Shown here: one piece after another, positions 58,534 to 64,000 of the stretch
Layout of the letters: each line of letters starts with the position of its first letter
Position numbering within the stretch: position 1 is the stretch's first letter
From: an uncultured Clostridia bacterium
GTDB lineage: Bacteria; Bacillota; Clostridia; TANB77; CAG-508
Length of the DNA stretch: 64,000 nt
Reading direction: 5' to 3'
Assembly (NCBI GenBank): GCA_947594845.1
Contig: CANQEI010000001.1
Coordinates: 39,715 to 103,714 of the forward strand
The notes under the pieces: model-generated
What the model was told of the DNA's origin: nothing
Seen by the model: only the letters and a program-made list of their open reading frames with translations
Databases searched by the model: none
Translations under genes and position numbers: made by a program

Positions 58534-59964
58534 TTGAAAGAAGATTTTAAGTCAAAAAATATGAAAAAAGTAGATGTTAAAAGCTTTGAAGAAATGTATA
58601 AGAAATACAGAAAATCAGTGTTATTTTATATTTATTCAATAATTGGAAAAAATGAGGATACAGAAGATTTAGTTCAAGATATTTTTCTAAAGGTTTTCAA
58701 AAGTCTTGATTATTATGATGAAAATGCTGGTTCTTTTTATAATTTTATATTGATGAATGCTAGACAAGTAATAATAAATTATATGAAAAGAAAAGCAGTT
58801 AGAAATAATAGGAGAGATGATTCTGATATTGAATTATTGCCTGATGAAGATTTTGATTTAGAAGAAATATTTGAAGATAAAGAAGAAAGATATACTATTT
58901 CAAAACTAATTGGAAATTTATCTAAAGAACAGAAAACTGCAATTGAATTGTTTTATGTGAAAGGACTTTCATATAAAGAAGCTGCAGAGATTATGAATGA
59001 GAAAGAATCAAATTTTAAATCAATTTTACATAGAGCTAGAAATAAATTGAAAAAGCAGATGGTTCAGAAATATCCAGAGTTGAAGGATAAATCTTATAAA
59101 CAAGTAATAAAGATTGTAATTATTGTATTTACATGTATAGGTCTATTAGGTGGATTGGCATATGCTACAATTAAAATTTATAAGAATATTTTGAATAAGA
59201 AGCAATATACAATTTCAGAATTAAGAGAAGATGTGCCAGATGAAGTTTCTATTATTTCGAGAGATGATGCAAAAGAAAAAATATGTAATTATTTAAATAT
59301 ATTAGGAAGAGATGCAGAAATTTCAACTGAGGATTTGCATTTGATAAAAGATTATAAGTTAAATAAAATTTGTTGGACTATTCAGAATGAAAATTATCTA
59401 ATGCAAATTGATTGCGAAAATGGAGAATTAATTGCATATAATGACTTCAATATAGAAAATTCTGTAGTAAATATAAGAGATGTAGGAGAATTGTATTCGA
59501 ATTTGAACTTGCCAAATGACTATATTTTGCATTCAGATGAAAAATCATCAAATTTAGAAGATATTAGGTTTGCTAAAAAATATGGAGATATATTTAACTA
59601 TTATGAAAGTGTTAATATTACATTTCTTGACGGAAAGCTAAAAGCAATTGCTGTCACAGATTTACCATATGAAGATAAAGAAGTTTTAATTTCAAAAGAA
59701 CAAGCTATTGAAATACTTAAAGAAAATGGGGTAGAAGTTAATGATGTTGAATTAAGTATAGAGAATTTAAATGATGCTGTTTATTATAGTAATTTAGAGA
59801 AGTATGATGAAGTAGATGAAAATAATATTAAGGATTGGAAATTATATAAAAGCAACATTGAAATAAAGAAAGTTTGGAAGACTGATAGAAATTATTTTGT
59901 AGATAGTAATACTGGTGAATATTTTGAAAAGAATCCAAAAAATTTAGAGATAGAAAACAGCTAG
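58534..59964 (+). CDS. ECF-type sigma factor fused via a TM helix to an extracytoplasmic domain ending in a PepSY-like module
   Basis: Sigma region 2 'EDLVQDIFLKVF' and region 4 'LSYKEAAEIMNEKESNFKSILHRARNKL'. TM 'VIKIVIIVFTCIGLLGGLAYATI'. C-terminal '...ISKEQAIEILKENG...YFVDSNTGEY' is PepSY-like. TTG start 8 nt downstream of GGAG. Confidence 0.65.
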   Translation: MKEDFKSKNMKKVDVKSFEEMYKKYRKSVLFYIYSIIGKNEDTEDLVQDIFLKVFKSLDYYDENAGSFYNFILMNARQVIINYMKRKAVRNNRRDDSDIELLPDEDFDLEEIFEDKEERYTISKLIGNLSKEQKTAIELFYVKGLSYKEAAEIMNEKESNFKSILHRARNKLKKQMVQKYPELKDKSYKQVIKIVIIVFTCIGLLGGLAYATIKIYKNILNKKQYTISELREDVPDEVSIISRDDAKEKICNYLNILGRDAEISTEDLHLIKDYKLNKICWTIQNENYLMQIDCENGELIAYNDFNIENSVVNIRDVGELYSNLNLPNDYILHSDEKSSNLEDIRFAKKYGDIFNYYESVNITFLDGKLKAIAVTDLPYEDKEVLISKEQAIEILKENGVEVNDVELSIENLNDAVYYSNLEKYDEVDENNIKDWKLYKSNIEIKKVWKTDRNYFVDSNTGEYFEKNPKNLEIENS

Positions 59965-59983
59965 ATTTTATCTAGCTGTTCCT
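59958..59983. terminator. Bidirectional terminator
   Basis: 'acagctagat ttta tctagctgt'. Confidence 0.6.
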
Positions 59984-60579
59984 GTATATGTTGTACTTCC
60001 ATAAAGTTTTATAGGTGTTGTACCAGAGCCTGGAACTCTTGAAGCAGCATCAATTGCTGCATTTCTTATACTAGATGTTCCAACATAAGTTAACCAAAAA
60101 TAATAATTGAATGTGTCAGAATCTCCTGTGGTTACTGATTTACTCCAACCTAGAAAACATCTGTTAGAATATCCTGTTGTATGAAATGCATCTGCTAAAG
60201 CAGAGGTTGCAGCACTATATGCTGAATCAATATAAACAAAATCCCAGTTACCTGAAATCATTGAACTATTTATAGAATAACCATAATAATCATTGAAATA
60301 TCCACTTCCACCAAAAGTGTGAACATACATTGCATATCCATTACCAGTATTATTTATCCACTCAAGCATAGAATCTCTTGTAATTGCTCCCATACTTGAT
60401 GTGCAAGGAGAATATCCTAATCTTGATAGTCCATCTACTGCATATGCGCAGCAATTGTTATAGTATCCACTTTTACCGTTAGCAAATACTTTTGCACTTG
60501 CAGAAGCATGAGCTGTTGATGTTAATGTAACTAACATAATTATTACTAATAAAATACATGAAATTATTTTTTTATTCAT
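59968..60579 (-). CDS. Secreted protein of unknown function (possible Cys/His hydrolase)
   Basis: Signal peptide 'MNKKIISCILLVIIMLVTLTSTAHA'. Adjacent cysteines 'NNCCAYAV' and a downstream 'YVHTFGG'. RBS GGAGGTG. Confidence 0.55.
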   Translation of the reverse strand: MNKKIISCILLVIIMLVTLTSTAHASASAKVFANGKSGYYNNCCAYAVDGLSRLGYSPCTSSMGAITRDSMLEWINNTGNGYAMYVHTFGGSGYFNDYYGYSINSSMISGNWDFVYIDSAYSAATSALADAFHTTGYSNRCFLGWSKSVTTGDSDTFNYYFWLTYVGTSSIRNAAIDAASRVPGSGTTPIKLYGSTTYTGTAR

Positions 60580-61366
60580 TTATACAGTCACCTCCAATTA
60601 CGTTGTTGTCAGAGGCATCAACATATACTATAGAATTATCTGATGTTTGTATAACCCAAGAAGTATGTACAGATGTATCTGAATTATTTTCATCATAAAA
60701 TGTATTTGATTTTTCCATACTTAAATATGCTGAAACAACTTCAGAAGAAGGTAAATTTAAATTTTGTGAAGCAGTTAAAACAGCATCTTCTTTACTAACT
60801 GAAACTTCACTATTATCATGACCTTCATTAAAAACTGTTAAAGCTACAATTTCATTATTTTCTGGAATAAAGAAAACTTTAACTGATTCATATTTATTAT
60901 ATATACCATTATAATTTTTTTCGAAATTTGCTTGCCATATTTCATTATCAAATTTTTCTAAATAAGATAATTCATAATCAGCAGGTAAGCCTAATTCTTT
61001 ATATTTATTTACAATCATAGTCTGAGCTTGATTTTTGTCTGCTAGGTTATTTGTTGTTACTGGTGTTGTAGATTTACTATATATTCCAATTAGATTATTT
61101 GAACTATCTAAATTTATTGTATATTTTGAATTTGAAATTTCATAAATGTTTTGTTTTTTTAGTTCATCATATTTTACTTGTGTATTTAAAATTGCTTCTG
61201 TTGAGTTCAAATCTTTTAATATTTCTGATGATGTATTTATCATTTCTTGTGTAACAGTTTTAGCTGCTTCATGTGATACAGATGATGTTTGTGCATATAC
61301 TATAACAGATGCTAGAAGTATAATTGAAACAAATGAAATTAAAATTATTTTGTATTTTGCTTTCAT
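60572..61366 (-). CDS. Secreted PepSY-domain protein
   Basis: Signal peptide; the repeated modules end '...VSKEDAVLTASQNL...' and 'IVYVDASDNNVIG', the classic PepSY terminus. ATG at 61366 lies 5 nt downstream of GGAGG. Confidence 0.6.
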   Translation of the reverse strand: MKAKYKIILISFVSIILLASVIVYAQTSSVSHEAAKTVTQEMINTSSEILKDLNSTEAILNTQVKYDELKKQNIYEISNSKYTINLDSSNNLIGIYSKSTTPVTTNNLADKNQAQTMIVNKYKELGLPADYELSYLEKFDNEIWQANFEKNYNGIYNKYESVKVFFIPENNEIVALTVFNEGHDNSEVSVSKEDAVLTASQNLNLPSSEVVSAYLSMEKSNTFYDENNSDTSVHTSWVIQTSDNSIVYVDASDNNVIGGDCINE

Positions 61367-61669
61367 AATAACCTCCATAAAAATATAATCAATATAGCTA
61401 TATCTATAAATAAAATATAATAAAATAAATGTATAAAAAATATTTGATGAATAATTAAGAAATTAAAATAATATTTGTTTTATTTAAAAAATTTTAAGGT
61501 AAGAAAAGGAAAAATGTAAAAAATTATAAAAATTATAAAAAATTTACATTAATAAATTGTACACATAAAAAAGAAAAATAAAAGTTTTCTGTAAACTTAT
61601 TATATGCAACTTATAATAACTGTGTATAACTGTGTCGAAAAAATGCGATGAAATAAGTTATTAACAAAC

Positions 61670-61831
61670 TTATCCACATTATCCACAATGGTGAAAAATG
61701 TGCAAGTTATGTTACAAAAAGTTTACGTAAAAGAAATAAACCCTTGAGAAAAGCGGAATTTAATAGAAATATATTTGTAATGTTGAGTAAAAAAATCGTT
61801 TATATATCAACAATAGAGAAAATTATCCACA
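61670..61831. promoter_or_regulatory. DnaA-box cluster: two perfect tandem TTATCCACA boxes (61670-61687) and a third perfect box (61823-61831), plus an 8/9 box on the other strand (61621-61629)
   Basis: Exact matches to the Firmicutes DnaA box consensus TTATCCACA were read directly. They lie in a ~500-bp non-coding AT-rich region. The third box is 15 bp upstream of the glyQS leader -35. Confidence 0.5.
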
Positions 61832-61845
61832 GATATGATAAAAAT

Positions 61846-61874
61846 TTGACATTTATTAAAAAACATATTAAAAT
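61846..61874 (+). promoter_or_regulatory. SigA-type promoter of glyQS T-box leader
   Basis: TTGACA, a 17-nt spacer, then TAAAAT. Confidence 0.55.
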
Positions 61875-61879
61875 AGTTG

Positions 61880-62085
61880 CATATTATTTATATTGCGTTG
61901 ATGAAGAGTGAATATAATTTTCTTATCAAAAGAGAGCTAGGGTGGTGAAATCTAGTGTTAAGATATATAGGATGGAACTTCGGAGCAAATTTTTAATTAA
62001 GGTGGATTTTATAATCAATTAGGGTGGAACCGCGGAAGGATAGAGCTTTCGTCCCTTATATGGGATGGAAGCTCTTTTTGGCGTT
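61880..62085 (+). promoter_or_regulatory. T-box riboswitch leader (Gly) with terminator
   Basis: 'aaaagagagctagggtggtgaaatc' holds stem I elements. T-box 'aattagggtggaaccgcgg' at 62018-62035. Terminator 'agctttcgtcccttatatgggatggaagct' followed by a T-run. Confidence 0.75.
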
Positions 62086-62250
62086 GAAAAAAATAATTAT
62101 TCTATGTTGTGAATTCGAGGATTTGGATTAAGTATGAGAGTGATTTTTTTTCAATCTGTTATAACAGGAACTGAGCTAAAAAGAGTTTTCATCTACTAGA
62201 AATAGGAAAATTTTGATTATTTTCTTATAAAGAAAAAGGAGGAAAACATT

Positions 62251-63633
62251 ATGGTAAAAAACATGGAAGACATAGTTAATCTATGCAAAGCAAGAGGCTA
62301 TATTTATGCGGGATCTGAAATTTATGGAGGTCTTGCAAATACGTGGGATTATGGACCTTTAGGAGTTGAATTTAAGAACAATATTAAAGATGCTTGGAGG
62401 AAAAAGTTTGTTCAAGAAAACAAGTATAACGTTGGATTAGATGCAGCGATTTTAATGAATCCACAAACTTGGGTTGCATCTGGACATGTTGGAGGATTCT
62501 CTGATCCATTAATTGATTGTAAAGAATGCAAAACTAGACATAGAGCAGATAAGCTAATTGAAGAATGGGCACATGAACAAGGAAAAGATATGATTGCTGA
62601 TGGAATGAGTGATAAACAATTAGTAGATTTTATAGTTGAAAATAAAATACCTTGTCCAAATTGTGGAAAAACAAACTTTACAGATATTAGAAAATTTAAT
62701 TTAATGTTTAAAACTTTTCAAGGTGTAACAGAAGATGCAAAAGCAGAAATTTATTTAAGACCTGAAACAGCACAAGGTATATTTGTTAATTTCAAAAATG
62801 TACTTCGTACAACAAGAAGAAGAATGCCAATGGGAATTGCACAAATTGGTAAATCTTTTAGAAACGAAATTACACCAGGAAACTTTACTTTTAGAACAAG
62901 AGAATTTGAGCAAATGGAACTTGAATTTTTCTGCAAACCTGGAACAGATTTAGAGTGGCACAAATATTGGAAAGAATTCTGTGAAAATTGGTTAATAAGT
63001 CTTGGAATGAAAAAGGAAAATATTCGTCTAAGAGATCATTCTCCAGAGGAATTATCTCATTATAGTAATGCAACAACAGATATTGAGTTTTTATTCCCAT
63101 TTGGTTGGGGTGAATTATGGGGAATTGCTGATAGAACAGATTTCGATTTAAAACAACATATGGAATATTCAAAGCAAGATATGACATATTTAGATCCAGA
63201 AACTAATGAAAAATATATTCCTTATTGTATCGAGCCATCTCTTGGTGCTGATAGAGTTGCACTTGCATTCCTTTGCAATAGTTATGAGCAAGAAGAAGTT
63301 GCAGAAGGAGATGTAAGAACAGTATTAAAATTACATCCTGCACTAGCACCATACAAAGTTGCTGTTTTACCTTTATCTAAAAAATTAAGTGAAAAAGCAG
63401 AAGAAGTTTATGATAAACTTTCAAAATCATTTATGTGCGATTATGATGAAGCTGGAAGTATAGGAAAAAGATATAGAAGAGAAGATGAAATTGGAACACC
63501 ATATTGTGTAACAGTTGATTTTGATACTTTAAATGATGAATGTGTTACTATCAGAGATAGAGATACAATGGAACAAGTTAGAGTTAAGATTGATGAATTA
63601 GAAAACTGGATTAAAGAGAAAATTGAATTCTAA
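62251..63633 (+). CDS. glyQS: Glycyl-tRNA synthetase, dimeric alpha2 class II type
   Basis: '[20 protein letters not shown]' and '[25 protein letters not shown]'; 460 aa. RBS 'aaggagg'. Confidence 0.95.
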   Translation: MVKNMEDIVNLCKARGYIYAGSEIYGGLANTWDYGPLGVEFKNNIKDAWRKKFVQENKYNVGLDAAILMNPQTWVASGHVGGFSDPLIDCKECKTRHRADKLIEEWAHEQGKDMIADGMSDKQLVDFIVENKIPCPNCGKTNFTDIRKFNLMFKTFQGVTEDAKAEIYLRPETAQGIFVNFKNVLRTTRRRMPMGIAQIGKSFRNEITPGNFTFRTREFEQMELEFFCKPGTDLEWHKYWKEFCENWLISLGMKKENIRLRDHSPEELSHYSNATTDIEFLFPFGWGELWGIADRTDFDLKQHMEYSKQDMTYLDPETNEKYIPYCIEPSLGADRVALAFLCNSYEQEEVAEGDVRTVLKLHPALAPYKVAVLPLSKKLSEKAEEVYDKLSKSFMCDYDEAGSIGKRYRREDEIGTPYCVTVDFDTLNDECVTIRDRDTMEQVRVKIDELENWIKEKIEF

Positions 63634-63648
63634 TAAATAAGAAAAAAG

Positions 63649-63678
63649 TAGCGCCGTGCAAGTATACTCCTGCACGGC
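63649..63678. terminator. Bidirectional terminator
   Basis: 'gcgccgtgcaag tata ctcctgcacggcg' (one mismatch). Confidence 0.6.
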
Positions 63679-63691
63679 GTTAAATTACTGG

Positions 63692-63907
63692 CTACACTTT
63701 AGCCTTCGATGACGCAACCTTTTTAGGAGAATCGATCATTTGTGAAATCAGTTCATCCATATCGAATGGATAACTGCCAAAATATCTTTTCTGGGTAGTA
63801 GGCTGCGGGTCTACATTGTTCCGGTGGAATGTGCAATCCTTGCATGGTGTTGCACGACCACAATTGTAATCTGTATGCCCATGAGGACATTTCTGATCTG
63901 TAAACAT
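63692..63907 (-). CDS. Small Cys/His-rich protein (72 aa) in higher-GC segment
   Basis: 'MFTDQKCPHGHTDYNCGRATPCKDCTFH...'. RBS GAAAGGAAGG 7 nt upstream of the ATG. Local GC ~40% versus ~28% in the flanks. Confidence 0.5.
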   Translation of the reverse strand: MFTDQKCPHGHTDYNCGRATPCKDCTFHRNNVDPQPTTQKRYFGSYPFDMDELISQMIDSPKKVASSKAKV

Positions 63908-64000
63908 TGTAGTACCTTCCTTTCTGATTGATAATATAAAGTATAGCACAAATTTACATAATGTTCAAATTTAACTGAAATTACTTGTAAAATTGGCTTA

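Noticed and set aside
61379-61900. The AT-rich 500-bp region with DnaA boxes, considered as the chromosomal origin oriC.
   Set aside because: No dnaA or dnaN gene is adjacent. It is more consistent with an extra-origin DnaA-box cluster.

Overview
This is a 64 kb window from a very AT-rich (roughly 28-30% GC) Firmicutes chromosome. Gene content points to a Clostridium-like spore-former: class 3 FBPase, a LonC-like protease, a Spo0A-like gene, T-box leaders and sipW.

Most of the window is core housekeeping:
- radA
- the SRP/ribosomal cluster ylxM-ffh-rpsP-khpA-rimM-trmD-rplS
- a low-molecular-weight protein tyrosine phosphatase
- fbp
- tsaE-tsaB-rimI followed by a Lon-family AAA+ protease
- a split transketolase
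- ftsE-ftsX followed by three tandem coiled-coil M23 peptidase paralogs
- ctpA
- a tRNA-Val/Asp/Phe operon plus three tRNA-Gly(TCC)
- dinB, a glmU-like gene, a nifS-like cysteine desulfurase, an SPFH protein, mltG
- aspS and glyQS, each behind a T-box leader
- greA
- a MacB-type ABC transporter

The unusual parts are:
1. A SipW-type signal peptidase fused to a large polytopic membrane domain. It sits next to a short TasA-like SipW-cognate substrate and a membrane protein.
2. A small accessory islet downstream of a divergent tRNA-Gly (MGMT-like, GNAT, a YjbR/MmcQ-EVE fusion, GNAT).
3. A large LPXTG-anchored GH-like/SGNH hydrolase whose signal peptide is out of frame across an A4 tract. It also carries an 18-copy PGEQE tandem repeat.
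4. An IscU-like fusion protein paired with a GGGtGRT-family protein, behind a repeat-structured leader.
5. A cluster encoding a membrane-tethered ECF sigma with an extracytoplasmic PepSY-like domain, an aspartate-less Spo0A-like regulator, and two secreted proteins (one PepSY).
6. A cluster of perfect DnaA boxes in a long AT-rich intergenic region upstream of the glyQS T-box.
7. Two short segments of higher GC (about 40%) that each carry an orphan small gene.

No CRISPR array, integrase or transposase was seen. All calls rest on motif recognition by eye; no database search could be run.
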